IMG/VR virus record: IMGVR_UViG_3300023184_000087
Span: 1-64,000 of that record
Reading direction: 5' to 3' (one strand)
Source: an uncultured virus (IMG/VR IMGVR_UViG_3300023184_000087)
Taxonomy: Duplodnaviria > Heunggongvirae > Uroviricota > Caudoviricetes
DNA length: 64,000 nucleotides
A program made the position numbers and the translations under genes. Shown here in pieces: positions 39,687-50,671 of this stretch; the first letter of the stretch is position 1; each line of letters begins with the position of its first letter. The notes beneath the pieces were generated by a model, which did not search any database, was not told the DNA's origin, and was given only the letters and a program-made list of their open reading frames with translations.

Positions 39687-42600
39687 TTATTCCACCTTAG
39701 TTGGTATTCCAACAGAATCTATTGCTTTATTAACTGAATCAGATTCCGTTAATAAATCATTTGTAAAAACAGTAGCTAAGTTATTTACTACTAGTTCCCA
39801 GTTAAGGGTATATGGGGTTCCATCATCATAGTACTCGTCCCACAGCACCATTGGCCATCTTGAAGCTGATTTATATATTTGCTCTAATCTCTTCATTTCC
39901 ACCATTGCGCAGAATAGTTTTCTAAGTTCTGGATTAGTTATTTCGCTATTCCCAATTATGTAGTTTGAAATATGATCTACTAAAGCAGAGGAATAAATAG
40001 AATTAAAAATAACTCGATATTTTGTACGCATAACTGAATCAAAAAAACTATCTTTAAAAGCTTCTTCTATTTTTGATTTATTAAAATTATTAGAAACAAA
40101 TAAATTATATACAAAATCTTTAAGGCTAATTAGCTTTTCTCCAGAAACGTTATAGAAGATAGTAGCGAGTGTTCTATCGTATATTTCTTTTAGATAATTA
40201 GTTTCTTTATTAAAACCAGCACCGGGTTCAAAATTTTCTATATCAGATTCACTAGCAAGTCCGCCTGTTTCTCTTGATTTTTTAACTCTTAATAAGAATA
40301 CTTTATTTTTTAATGCATTTAATGTAAACTGAGTACTTTTGAAACCTGGAGAAGATTTATCAATTATTTCTACTTCAGATGATTGTTGATTATAATAAGC
40401 TGAAGTTATAATCGATTTTTCAGGAGCATTTATTCCATCAAAACGAACTTTAATTTTTGCATTACTCAATATATCGATGACATGTATTGTATCGGCGTCA
40501 ATTACTCCGCTTTCTTCTATGCCTGTTGTTGTATCTAATCTGCAGAATATTTTAAAGAATGGTTCAAATGTAGTTTTTTCTGGGCCAAGACCAGAAAGGT
40601 TAAGAACCTGTGCGTGAACTAGAGCATTTTCGTAACTTATATATCTAACTAATTCTTTTATTTCTGTTTCCTGCCAACCAAGACTCTTAAATATATCATC
40701 ACTTCTAACGTATGCATAGCCGTCTGATGTTCTGACTTTTCTTCTTACGCCCAACATGCCTGGTAGCAACGCTTTTGAATGGTATCTTCCAACAACCATT
40801 CCCTGATTATAAGAAAGACCAGCGTCCATTGGTTGTCCATTTTTATTTAGATATTGGACATAACATCCGTGTTGATCTAATAGATTATCTCTGACCCACT
40901 GCCAACCCTTCCAGGCAAGCTGCCCGAATATTGGCACTGCCGCAAGCCCGAGTAGGGCTGATCCACCCACCAACCCAACAGCTGCAGAGCCACCAACAAC
41001 TCCAGTTATTGCTGCCGCCGCTGTTCCGCCAGATACCGTGCCATTGTTTCCGTTAATTCCAGCTTGATTTCTAATTGCATCAGTAAAGGTTGTACTTGAA
41101 TCAAAACTACCGTGTGTTAGACTTGCAACAACATCTTTTATAAGAGCAGAAGAACCATGCGTATACTGTATGCCGCCAAGCATTTGGGGATTTAAATTTT
41201 CTGCAAGTCTGTCAAGAGATATATCTCCACCAAGAGTTATCCCAGAATTATCTGCCCTAATAGCATCTAAGAATAATCTTGTGTCATTTCTTATTGCCTG
41301 CATGTTCATCCATGAATCAATCCATGATGTCATAAACCATTTTGCTGGGTCATTTACGGTTACAAGTGCATTGGGGGTTATTGAGGTTACAAAACCAAGT
41401 TCAGAAGTAAAGTGATGGATAACTTGCTCTACTTCAAATAAGCCATACATTCGTTCATACACGTCAGCTATGTAAACTATGTCGTGTGGCCTTATATCTG
41501 GATTGCCTACAATTAATAATTCTCCACTATATATATCTTTAATATTTTCTTTAAGATGTGAAAGGGCAACTCTTTTAGCCGCTAGCTCATCAGGAGCACC
41601 GGTTGCGTTTTTTGATAATCCTCTTCCGGTTTCAAACGGATGCAAAAATGGATGTAAGAATCCAAAGAATCCACTTCCAACAATATTGTCAAAATATATT
41701 CCAGTTTCAACTGTTGATTCCATTTGCCTTTCTGCCGGTGCACCTTTGTCAAGGGCTACTGTAACTGGATATTTTCCATCAGATACTGCTGTAATAACAG
41801 TGGAAACATTTGTTGTTGTTTCCTGAATCTGGTTTGAAAGAATATGGCTAAAGGAACTTAGGTAATGTATTCTTTGAAACGGTTCCCTAATTTCTACTAC
41901 TGGTTCTCCATACTCTCTTGTGAATGGATTATCAACAGCTCTTAAAAGCGAACCAGATCTACCAAGTTGATAATAAATAGAATCATTGAGAGCTCTGTTT
42001 AGAATATTTGCTTGTTTTGATAGAGAACCTACTTGAGACAATCCATAACCAGTTTGTAACATATTTAATTTAAACATATTAATCATACCAGTCAATGCTG
42101 TTCCCATCGCACTAAAGATAGGACCTATGTTTCTATCCCAAAAGTTATCTAATCCACTAGTTGCTCTTGTTACAAAGTTTGAGGCTGTGCTGCCTTCGCC
42201 CTTATTGTTGTATAATAATTGTAAAAATTTCTTTTTATCTTTAGCATAAGTATTGTTTGGATTAATAAACGCTGCAAATATTTTATCTATGGATCTAAAA
42301 TCCCACTGATCTCTACCCGCAGCAGTACCTAAGCCAGCGCCTATTTTTCTAGATGGTCTAAGCACGAGCCAAGCTCTCGCATATGGGTCTGCCCACATAG
42401 CTTGTCTAAATAAACCAACTACTACAAGAAATAATTGTTGAGGAGTTTTAATTAGCGGATTGTCTTCTGTAGCCTTTTGTCCGCTTAACTCTTCTAAGAC
42501 TTCACTATTATCTATTAAAAAGTTTTGTCTAAACGCTTTTATCTTATCTAAGGTCATTAAATTAAAATATTCAATTAGTCCACTTTCTGATGCTGGTGCA

Positions 42601-45600
42601 TCTATAAAGTTTTTTCTTGCAAATTCTATTGCCGCTGTTCTTGATGCTGCTTCTTCGTTTCCAAATAAAATTGCAAATTCATCGTTAGCCGTACCACCAG
42701 TATCTTTAAACTTTTTAAATATATCTTTTGGTATATTTCCATCAACAAACGCACTCATTATTTCTTGCGAAAAATCATCTTGACTGTCAGGGTCTAATCC
42801 AAAAGTATCAAAAAATATTGTTTTAACAGAACTGTAAGTATGATATCCAAATCTAAATTGATCCCATATATCCTGAGCTATGTCTAAGTTTCTTCCATCT
42901 CCAGCAATAACTGAAACGCTTTGGTCATATCCTTCATCATAATATTTTCTTGCTTCAATTGATATTGAGTCTGCTAAGCTAAAAACTTCTTTAAATTGCT
43001 TTCTACCGTCAGCGGAGAAAGTTAGGGGGTCACCAGTCTCTGCTGATTCCTTATCTAATATATCATAACCCTTATCTCTACTGGTTACAGTCGCTATATC
43101 TCCATATATATTCTTATAATAATCTGTATAGTTTCCTGAGTATGTAAAAATTGAGTCAGGTGATAATTCAGCTAGAGAATAATATTCACCAACACTAGTT
43201 CTATATTTTTCATAATCATCCAATCTATCGGGAACAAAACCCTGTATTCCACCACCAAGCCCAGCTCCCTTATAACCGGCTTTTTGCGTAGCCTTTAAAA
43301 TATTGTCTGTTGCCTCAAAGTTGCCAAAACCAATTAAAAAATCTTCAAGTTGCTTATCCGAATCATCTACTAATGTAAATTTTTTGCCCGGAACAAAGGC
43401 ACTTGTTGCTACGCCTAATGGTATCGTGTTCGGGACAAATGCAAAATAACATTCTCTTGGAATTGGAAGATCACTATATCCCTTACCTTTATTAAATAAT
43501 TTTTTTTGACCATCAGAAAAAATAACATCATCACCAGAAACTATTCCAAGAAAGTATGCTGCGTCTGGAGAAACAACAGCATCTATTGTTTTTTCATCTA
43601 TATCTAAATTATATTCACTGCTACCACTAGATGTCCCTTCTGAAAGAAAATTTGATTTATTTTCTCCCCAAAGAAAGTACGCTGGTTTGCAAACTACGCC
43701 ATTATTTGTATCTGGATTATAAACTAATACGTGGGCATTTTTGTAATCTTGTACACTTCCAATTAATTGATTTGTTTCTGAATTAAAATATTTTTTTGTA
43801 AATTTTGATATTTCAGATTCATTTAAATTTGGTTTATATGGCCATCTCATGGCGATATAAAACTGTTCATCAGCTACACTTCTTGGCATTCCCCATTCAG
43901 AGAAGTCTATTTCCGATGTATTCGTTTTTCGGGGAAGTGGCATTGATATAACAAAAGACTCTGAACCGATTACATCTTCAATCGGTATAGTAAAATTATA
44001 TGAGTTTTGAGCAACATCGGATATTTGTTCTGGAGAAAGTTTTCTTTCGATTACATTTATATTATCAAGAAACAAGTTTGAGGCAAAGGAGTCTCCGTAG
44101 ACAGAGGTAACGCTTTCTATATAATTATCGTATACATCCTGATTTGTTTCTGAAGCTACTCCATCATCGTCACCGCTGCCAAAGATTTTACGGAAAGCCC
44201 ATTTACCAGCTACTAGTGGAGCATTAGTGAACAATTCACCAATCGAAGCAGTTGTGTCTAGTACGTCTTCAACGATGTCTAATCCTCTACGAAATTTAGA
44301 ATATCCATCAATTGAATCACGTTGAAATGCAAAGTTTTCTAAACCATAATCACCGCGTACATCAGCTCTGTTTGTAAACATAGGGAATCTAAATCTTGAG
44401 GGAAGCTGAGGAATTTGACTATGCACTGATGATGAAGATATAACTTTAGAAGTTGTTTTATTTTCTCCAGTAAAAACAGAAGAAACCGGAAGGTGAAAAC
44501 CCATTGTAACTACACCTTTTGTTTTTGGTATTTTTCCTACCGTTTTTCCTTCTGAGTTAATTAAACTTTTTGATTTATTAGAATCAAAATTAATTACTTG
44601 ACCCTTTAGTTTTGCTGAAGTTCCATAATATTGTTGTGCGTTTTTTTGCAAAGATGTTAGCTCAGCGATTGTATCTGTTAATTCTGTATCCCTGAGAAAT
44701 GCATTTGCATCTGCGTATGAACTACTATTTTTATTTATTTCAGTTATTATTTTACTCAACTCAAAATCTGGACTAACTATTTTGGGACCCATACTTATTC
44801 CAAGTTCACCCATTTTTTCATTGCCTGGGTATCCAGTCGTCACTGGTACAACGCCAGAAGTGTATAGCCAGTGAGGCTTGCCATAAAACACTGTTGATCT
44901 ATCTTCAAACGGTCTCACTGCAACTATGTAATTTGGAAGTAATTTTGCACATGTTTGGAATAGATCCCAAACAGATCTCATATAGGTTTGAGCCCTAAAT
45001 GAAACTTCATCAAAACCAGGCATGTCGTCATCTAAAGTTGACGTTAGACCTAACATATTAAATATACTATTGCCCCCCCTTGTGCCAAGTACTCCAAGAA
45101 GACCAGCACCAACACCAACTGTAATACCAATTGGTCCACCAACAACTGCAGATATACCAATTAAACCGCCCATGGTAATTGCTGATCCAGTAGTTGCTGA
45201 ACCAGTATTATCTCTTATTTTTCCAGCACCAGTTAAGCCCTCAATGGCTGTTTTTGCGTCGGGATTTTCTTCTCCATATTTTTGAACAAGTCCATTCCAA
45301 CTTCTATCGGTTAATCTGGACAAATATTCTATTCTTTCATTTGGTTGAGAAACTGGAGTTATCGAAGATACAGATGTCCAACCGTCACCTAAGTCTCCAC
45401 CAAGAAATTGAGCTATTCCTGTTCCGTTTCCTGGGTAAATATTTCTTTTAAATATTTCAAAATCTCTTGATTGCGAAAAGTTTGACCATAATTGATTCAT
45501 CAAAGAAAATACTGGAGTTCTAAACTCATTTGTCCCAACAGCCATATCTAATGCAGCTCTTCCGGATCCAGAAGCATCCCCCGTACCAACTGCGTTATAA

Positions 45601-48600
45601 GCATCTGCTATAGCATCTATTCTTGCTTGATGCTTTCTTTCTTCATCTGTAGTAAGTGGTTCATAAACAATAGAACCAAAATGTCTTATCCCAAATTTAT
45701 TTTCAGAAAAAACTAAACCCCTATTAGCGTATGCAATACCCTCTCTAAACCTAGACGCCCCCATGGAAAGAAGTCTTACCATTAGATCTCTTGGTTCAGA
45801 AAGCCAAAGACCAGTATTTATTCCACCATCTATTTTTCCACTATCGCCTTTTTTGTTGGTAGAGTTTACAACGGCACCAAGTTCTATTGCATCTGATTGT
45901 GCTGTAACCGTAACTATTTCACCAAGTTCTACCTGGCTGATAACACCATTAAATAAAGTTTGAAGCGAGTTTGGATTTGCTCCATAGCCGCCCCTCAGGT
46001 GAACTCTAACACCTGGTTTTAATCTTATGTTTTCTATATCAACAACATAATCATTTTGCATATGCGCCAATACATTTCTGGCTTTATTTAAAGTGACATC
46101 TATTATACTTGAAAGACCATCGGTAAGACCAGGATTATCTTGAGAGTATTCTGAATCTACAGAAAAAAATGAAGATGATTCTTTTGTTGAAAGTTTTGAA
46201 TAAAGATTAGATACTCTAAAAACCAATGTATCACCGAGAAGATCTTCGGATTGTATAACCGAAAAATCTATTATTGATTGAAGTCCATAGAAGTTATCAA
46301 ACAGTTTAACGCCGGCAAAATATCCACCTTCATCTATCAACCATAGCATATAGGTTGGGAATGCTCTTAACATTCTTCCGGATACATCCCTATACTGAGT
46401 GTCAACCAACATTTTCTCCCAGTGAGATTCAACTGTGTCTACTGGTTTTGAACTGTTCATTACTTCTGGGCTTGTGCCAGCGCCGTGTGAATATGGTTGT
46501 TGATAATTTGAATAGGCCGTTGAACCAGCTATTGCTGATTTAGTAGCAGAGTACGAGGGGTCAGAATGCTTATCTGATATTCCCCTAGGTTCTATCTTTG
46601 CGCCTTTTTCAGTTTTCTTTACATTCACCCCGTCTAATGTAAGATAAAATCTTCCATCTTTATCAGAGTCAATATATCCCAGATTGGTACCAAGAGCTGT
46701 TTGTATCGAAGCTGGTATCTTGGATGGTTCATCTTTATCTTTTATCGGATAAATATTAATAATATGATGAAATTCTAATTCATCTGGATCAAAGCTTACT
46801 AACTCTTCATCTTTTAGATTATATTTTCCAGCTAAGGTTGCTTTTAACTCTGATAAAAGTTCAGAACTACTAGAACTAATGCTGCCGACTTGATAAGGGG
46901 CGGATGACACCTTGTTCATGAATTCCCCTACAGCTTCATCTTCTGTTTCTGTATATTCTAGGTAATCTGTAATTAAATTTTTCTTTAAAAAATTTATTCT
47001 ACTTCTTTCATTTGAATTATCCATTCCAAAATAATTTGGATCATAAATTACTTTTTCAAAAACAGAAATAAATTGATCAAAATTTATATCAGTTTTTTCA
47101 ATAAAATAAATTACATCGTTTAATACTTGTTTTCTAGCATCTTGAACAAGACCATTTTTTGAATCTGAAGATGGATATGTTCTTAAGAAATTAACTATTT
47201 CATTTGCTATATGAGAATGCATTTCTTTAGTTATTTTTTGTCCGACGCCATCATTCGGGTTTGGAATATCTAATTCTTTTGGAGCTGTAGATATATTATT
47301 TATAATATCTTTATCAAACATATCAAAGCTTCTAAAGTAGAAGTCTGGATCTAAGTGGCCAACAGTTTCATTCTTATTATTTTTTACCTCAAGAGGAAGA
47401 TCTGGGTATGCGTTAAATAAGCCCCACATCTGTTTAATCCTAAGAAATGGATTTCTTTTGGTAGAAAAATGTTCTATTAATTCTCTTTGTTGATTTGAAT
47501 CTAATTTTTCTCTAGCTTGCTGAAACACGTCAAAGTCAATCAAACTTATATTTACTTCATATACATGTGGAAAACCTGGAATTGTATTAACTGAAAAATT
47601 AGATGGCAGAACATATTTAACGCCAGACAACGCAGTGACTATATTTTTTATTCCAATAAAACCAAGAACACCTGTAGAATGCTCTAATCTTGCAAGTGCG
47701 TTAACGTGATCAAATATTCTTTTTAATTTAGTTAATTCTTTTTCTCCAATAATTTTCATTGAAATATTAATAAAAGTATCTTTGCCACCTATGTGTTGAT
47801 ACGTCGGTTCGTCTTGCATTTGCAATTGCAACTTGGCGATGTTGTTACCGAGTGTCAACGACACGCCAGTAACTATCGCTGCGGCGGGGTCAAGATCTAT
47901 TTTCAACATGGGGACTTCCCATTCTCTAAATGTAAATGCTCCCTGCTTTGCCCTTGCTGCTTCAAGTAGTTCTTCTATTGGTGCACTTTTAAAGAATTTT
48001 TCATAAAGTGTTAAATTAAATCCTTCTTTAATTTGATCTCTAACTCTATCGTAAATTTTTTGATATGCAGTTGTGCATTCTTTTACAATCTCTGGAACTG
48101 GTACTCCGGCTTTTCTGGCTTGACTATCTGCTATTGCTTTTGTTTGTTGATGCAAAAGACCTTCAGATGATTTAGAAATTTCCTTCAACAGCTTCTTCAT
48201 TGTTTGAAGATTGGTATCTTCATATGAAACAGAATTAAATATATAAGTTTTTGTTCCAGCTTGTGCTGGAATATTTGTACTATCAAAATCTAAGATATAA
48301 CTTTGTTCTGTGCCATCTAGTGAATTTTCTTTAACAAATAATGTTGCAACATAACTATAAACCTTTTTACGATATTCATTATCATTTAATCCAGCTGTTA
48401 AAATATCCATTATTGTCAATAGGTGATATCTTATGTTTGGATTAATTCCATTGTTCTTGGATAAGTTATATGTACCACTTAAGCTCAACCCGTATCCAGC
48501 TGATTCATTTATGTCTATTCCAAAACCATTTAAAATTTTTCCCCAATAGTCTTGGCCTTGATCGCTAAATAATCTTTCTTCATCATTTCTGAATGAAGTA

Positions 48601-50201
48601 GCGTCAGGTAAAAATATTTTTGTTTGAGTTTCTGCTGGAACATAAAAGCTTATATTTCTTCCATCGTTCCACTCTGATACAATATTTGTTTTTAGTATAT
48701 CATCGTAGTATGCAGCAGCTTTTATGAGCGATGCCCCGTAAGGACTTACTTCGTATGTCCCAGTCCCAACTGTTACTGTTCCAGTTTTTACATCTGCATC
48801 TTCTGTAGATTTTTTTTCATCAGTTGTCTTCATTAAGAAACTTTCATTTACATAACTATGAAGAGCACCCGCTGCCTTTCCCATAAACTGCCTATATTTA
48901 CCCCAGTGTATTGCTTGATTAAAATCTTTAATCATAGGCAGTAACGGTTTATGATTAAAATTTAAAAGCTCTACATCAACCGCTAAAGCAAATGGAAAAT
49001 TTGGAACTGTTGATATAGATAAGCTCGATAGAGCTACGGCAGTTATTCCATGGACTCTATTAAGGTAGTGGTTTCTAATTGGAAGAAATGGAGAGTATTT
49101 AAATGCGGCCACTAATCCACGAAGCGAAGATAAAAACTTATCTATTTTTTGGTCACTTGCCCCATCGGTTTTAAAATCAATTTCATAGTTATCTTTAAGA
49201 ACTATCTTTGAAGCGTCATCTATGCTTATTCCCCAAATTTCTTCATAGTTGGGAAAAAATAATCTCATTTTTATAGAGCTTTCTTTATAACCAGAATTAA
49301 ACTTAGGAGTATTTTTTTGCCTTAGTGCTCCGCCTGTTAAGCTGCCAGTTTTAAAAGCCGTATTTACATCTATCGATAGTGGTGGAACAAAAAAATTCGC
49401 CGCACCAATTCGTAAATGGAAAACATCTGGAGAAGTTGGTTGATTATTTTGCCTGTACGGAGAATTGTCTAATACTTTTCTCATTCTCTTTGCCGTATTT
49501 TCAAAATTAAATGCCATTGTAAATACGGCTTCCTTAAATGATTGATTGGAATCATTTAACCCTCGGCCAAAAGCTTTTTCAAGACTTGTTATAAAGTCTT
49601 TCATATTATTAACGCTGTCGTCAGACTCGCCATTAACCTCACCACCACTTGTTGAGTAGTCGGCGGTTACTGCTATTGCGTCAAATAAAAATGTTACAAG
49701 ACTAGGAAAATAACTATTAATAATGCTAAGGGTAATAGGATCATATGATATGTTTCTAACAACATTGGTGAGTCTTGTTAACCAAGCTGTATCTCTAGTT
49801 GGATTAAGCGCGTCTGCGGCACCTGTTTTTGCAGAAGAGATAGAAGATAGTCTTTGTTTACCAAACTCTGAAATGGGAAATGACCAAAAAGCTAAATCGT
49901 ACAACCCTGTATCTATAAGTTTTTTAAATAATTTAGATTTAGATTTTGTATCTAAAAGTTTAATTCTATCTATATCAGATCCACTAAAAATTCTTAATGT
50001 AGCGGCTTTGCTTTCTTCATAATTCTGGCCCAAGCCCCCAAGAACACTATACTTAAGCATCTGCTCAAAGTTATTTCTTGTAACAGCTTGGAATCTGTTA
50101 TCCAGTTGTGTTAATAATTTATAAAATGTCTCTTCTGCTGCGTCAGGAAATACACTAATATATTGATTTTCTGATTCAGATGCATTTTCGTTATTAGACA
50201 T
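39687..50201 (-). CDS. Giant multidomain baseplate hub protein with a C-terminal thermonuclease domain
   Basis: 3504 aa; LKPGVRVHLRGGYG and YSGELLIVGNPDIRPHDIVYIAD...FEVEQVIHHFTSELGFVTSITP (gp27/gpD hub-like); C-terminal VIDADTI...VRFDGINAPE...YDRTLA...LNWELV. Confidence 0.75.
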   Translation of the reverse strand: MSNNENASESENQYISVFPDAAEETFYKLLTQLDNRFQAVTRNNFEQMLKYSVLGGLGQNYEESKAATLRIFSGSDIDRIKLLDTKSKSKLFKKLIDTGLYDLAFWSFPISEFGKQRLSSISSAKTGAADALNPTRDTAWLTRLTNVVRNISYDPITLSIINSYFPSLVTFLFDAIAVTADYSTSGGEVNGESDDSVNNMKDFITSLEKAFGRGLNDSNQSFKEAVFTMAFNFENTAKRMRKVLDNSPYRQNNQPTSPDVFHLRIGAANFFVPPLSIDVNTAFKTGSLTGGALRQKNTPKFNSGYKESSIKMRLFFPNYEEIWGISIDDASKIVLKDNYEIDFKTDGASDQKIDKFLSSLRGLVAAFKYSPFLPIRNHYLNRVHGITAVALSSLSISTVPNFPFALAVDVELLNFNHKPLLPMIKDFNQAIHWGKYRQFMGKAAGALHSYVNESFLMKTTDEKKSTEDADVKTGTVTVGTGTYEVSPYGASLIKAAAYYDDILKTNIVSEWNDGRNISFYVPAETQTKIFLPDATSFRNDEERLFSDQGQDYWGKILNGFGIDINESAGYGLSLSGTYNLSKNNGINPNIRYHLLTIMDILTAGLNDNEYRKKVYSYVATLFVKENSLDGTEQSYILDFDSTNIPAQAGTKTYIFNSVSYEDTNLQTMKKLLKEISKSSEGLLHQQTKAIADSQARKAGVPVPEIVKECTTAYQKIYDRVRDQIKEGFNLTLYEKFFKSAPIEELLEAARAKQGAFTFREWEVPMLKIDLDPAAAIVTGVSLTLGNNIAKLQLQMQDEPTYQHIGGKDTFINISMKIIGEKELTKLKRIFDHVNALARLEHSTGVLGFIGIKNIVTALSGVKYVLPSNFSVNTIPGFPHVYEVNISLIDFDVFQQAREKLDSNQQRELIEHFSTKRNPFLRIKQMWGLFNAYPDLPLEVKNNKNETVGHLDPDFYFRSFDMFDKDIINNISTAPKELDIPNPNDGVGQKITKEMHSHIANEIVNFLRTYPSSDSKNGLVQDARKQVLNDVIYFIEKTDINFDQFISVFEKVIYDPNYFGMDNSNERSRINFLKKNLITDYLEYTETEDEAVGEFMNKVSSAPYQVGSISSSSSELLSELKATLAGKYNLKDEELVSFDPDELEFHHIINIYPIKDKDEPSKIPASIQTALGTNLGYIDSDKDGRFYLTLDGVNVKKTEKGAKIEPRGISDKHSDPSYSATKSAIAGSTAYSNYQQPYSHGAGTSPEVMNSSKPVDTVESHWEKMLVDTQYRDVSGRMLRAFPTYMLWLIDEGGYFAGVKLFDNFYGLQSIIDFSVIQSEDLLGDTLVFRVSNLYSKLSTKESSSFFSVDSEYSQDNPGLTDGLSSIIDVTLNKARNVLAHMQNDYVVDIENIRLKPGVRVHLRGGYGANPNSLQTLFNGVISQVELGEIVTVTAQSDAIELGAVVNSTNKKGDSGKIDGGINTGLWLSEPRDLMVRLLSMGASRFREGIAYANRGLVFSENKFGIRHFGSIVYEPLTTDEERKHQARIDAIADAYNAVGTGDASGSGRAALDMAVGTNEFRTPVFSLMNQLWSNFSQSRDFEIFKRNIYPGNGTGIAQFLGGDLGDGWTSVSSITPVSQPNERIEYLSRLTDRSWNGLVQKYGEENPDAKTAIEGLTGAGKIRDNTGSATTGSAITMGGLIGISAVVGGPIGITVGVGAGLLGVLGTRGGNSIFNMLGLTSTLDDDMPGFDEVSFRAQTYMRSVWDLFQTCAKLLPNYIVAVRPFEDRSTVFYGKPHWLYTSGVVPVTTGYPGNEKMGELGISMGPKIVSPDFELSKIITEINKNSSSYADANAFLRDTELTDTIAELTSLQKNAQQYYGTSAKLKGQVINFDSNKSKSLINSEGKTVGKIPKTKGVVTMGFHLPVSSVFTGENKTTSKVISSSSVHSQIPQLPSRFRFPMFTNRADVRGDYGLENFAFQRDSIDGYSKFRRGLDIVEDVLDTTASIGELFTNAPLVAGKWAFRKIFGSGDDDGVASETNQDVYDNYIESVTSVYGDSFASNLFLDNINVIERKLSPEQISDVAQNSYNFTIPIEDVIGSESFVISMPLPRKTNTSEIDFSEWGMPRSVADEQFYIAMRWPYKPNLNESEISKFTKKYFNSETNQLIGSVQDYKNAHVLVYNPDTNNGVVCKPAYFLWGENKSNFLSEGTSSGSSEYNLDIDEKTIDAVVSPDAAYFLGIVSGDDVIFSDGQKKLFNKGKGYSDLPIPRECYFAFVPNTIPLGVATSAFVPGKKFTLVDDSDKQLEDFLIGFGNFEATDNILKATQKAGYKGAGLGGGIQGFVPDRLDDYEKYRTSVGEYYSLAELSPDSIFTYSGNYTDYYKNIYGDIATVTSRDKGYDILDKESAETGDPLTFSADGRKQFKEVFSLADSISIEARKYYDEGYDQSVSVIAGDGRNLDIAQDIWDQFRFGYHTYSSVKTIFFDTFGLDPDSQDDFSQEIMSAFVDGNIPKDIFKKFKDTGGTANDEFAILFGNEEAASRTAAIEFARKNFIDAPASESGLIEYFNLMTLDKIKAFRQNFLIDNSEVLEELSGQKATEDNPLIKTPQQLFLVVVGLFRQAMWADPYARAWLVLRPSRKIGAGLGTAAGRDQWDFRSIDKIFAAFINPNNTYAKDKKKFLQLLYNNKGEGSTASNFVTRATSGLDNFWDRNIGPIFSAMGTALTGMINMFKLNMLQTGYGLSQVGSLSKQANILNRALNDSIYYQLGRSGSLLRAVDNPFTREYGEPVVEIREPFQRIHYLSSFSHILSNQIQETTTNVSTVITAVSDGKYPVTVALDKGAPAERQMESTVETGIYFDNIVGSGFFGFLHPFLHPFETGRGLSKNATGAPDELAAKRVALSHLKENIKDIYSGELLIVGNPDIRPHDIVYIADVYERMYGLFEVEQVIHHFTSELGFVTSITPNALVTVNDPAKWFMTSWIDSWMNMQAIRNDTRLFLDAIRADNSGITLGGDISLDRLAENLNPQMLGGIQYTHGSSALIKDVVASLTHGSFDSSTTFTDAIRNQAGINGNNGTVSGGTAAAAITGVVGGSAAVGLVGGSALLGLAAVPIFGQLAWKGWQWVRDNLLDQHGCYVQYLNKNGQPMDAGLSYNQGMVVGRYHSKALLPGMLGVRRKVRTSDGYAYVRSDDIFKSLGWQETEIKELVRYISYENALVHAQVLNLSGLGPEKTTFEPFFKIFCRLDTTTGIEESGVIDADTIHVIDILSNAKIKVRFDGINAPEKSIITSAYYNQQSSEVEIIDKSSPGFKSTQFTLNALKNKVFLLRVKKSRETGGLASESDIENFEPGAGFNKETNYLKEIYDRTLATIFYNVSGEKLISLKDFVYNLFVSNNFNKSKIEEAFKDSFFDSVMRTKYRVIFNSIYSSALVDHISNYIIGNSEITNPELRKLFCAMVEMKRLEQIYKSASRWPMVLWDEYYDDGTPYTLNWELVVNNLATVFTNDLLTESDSVNKAIDSVGIPTKVE

Positions 50202-50204
50202 AGT

Positions 50205-50666
50205 TTATATTAAATTATTTCTTTTGTTTATTAAACTTACAATTTGGGAAGAAGATCCTTCCATAGTATTATTTGTTCTATTGTCAATTATACTTCTAAA
50301 ATTTCTTTTTGTAAAAGAATTTTGTTTTAAATCTCCAGAGTGAGAGGCAAAGTTTTTATTATATCTGGCTTTTTGGATTGATGGATTTAAGTATCCAGTT
50401 CCATTCATTTGGATGTGTGTCGAAGATCCCTTGTCTAAGCCCTCCCAGGAGCCCTTGAGAGCGTCAGATTGCCCCATGGTGCCCTTTGGTGCATATTCGA
50501 CGCTTTTGGCTCCAGAAACGTCTGAGCCGCTTGATATGTTCTTGCTGGAAGCTATCCTTGCTGCATACTTATTCGAGGTTTGCGTTCTTGGACTAGTATC
50601 TATTCTTTTAGACGCAGCGTCTTTTAAATTTTTATTTTGTTTGTCTGCACCAAAAATCATATACAT
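50205..50666 (-). CDS. Basic Ser/Asn/Lys-rich hypothetical protein
   Basis: 153-aa ORF filling the gap between two large genes. Confidence 0.6.
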   Translation of the reverse strand: MYMIFGADKQNKNLKDAASKRIDTSPRTQTSNKYAARIASSKNISSGSDVSGAKSVEYAPKGTMGQSDALKGSWEGLDKGSSTHIQMNGTGYLNPSIQKARYNKNFASHSGDLKQNSFTKRNFRSIIDNRTNNTMEGSSSQIVSLINKRNNLI

Positions 50667-50671
50667 TAACC

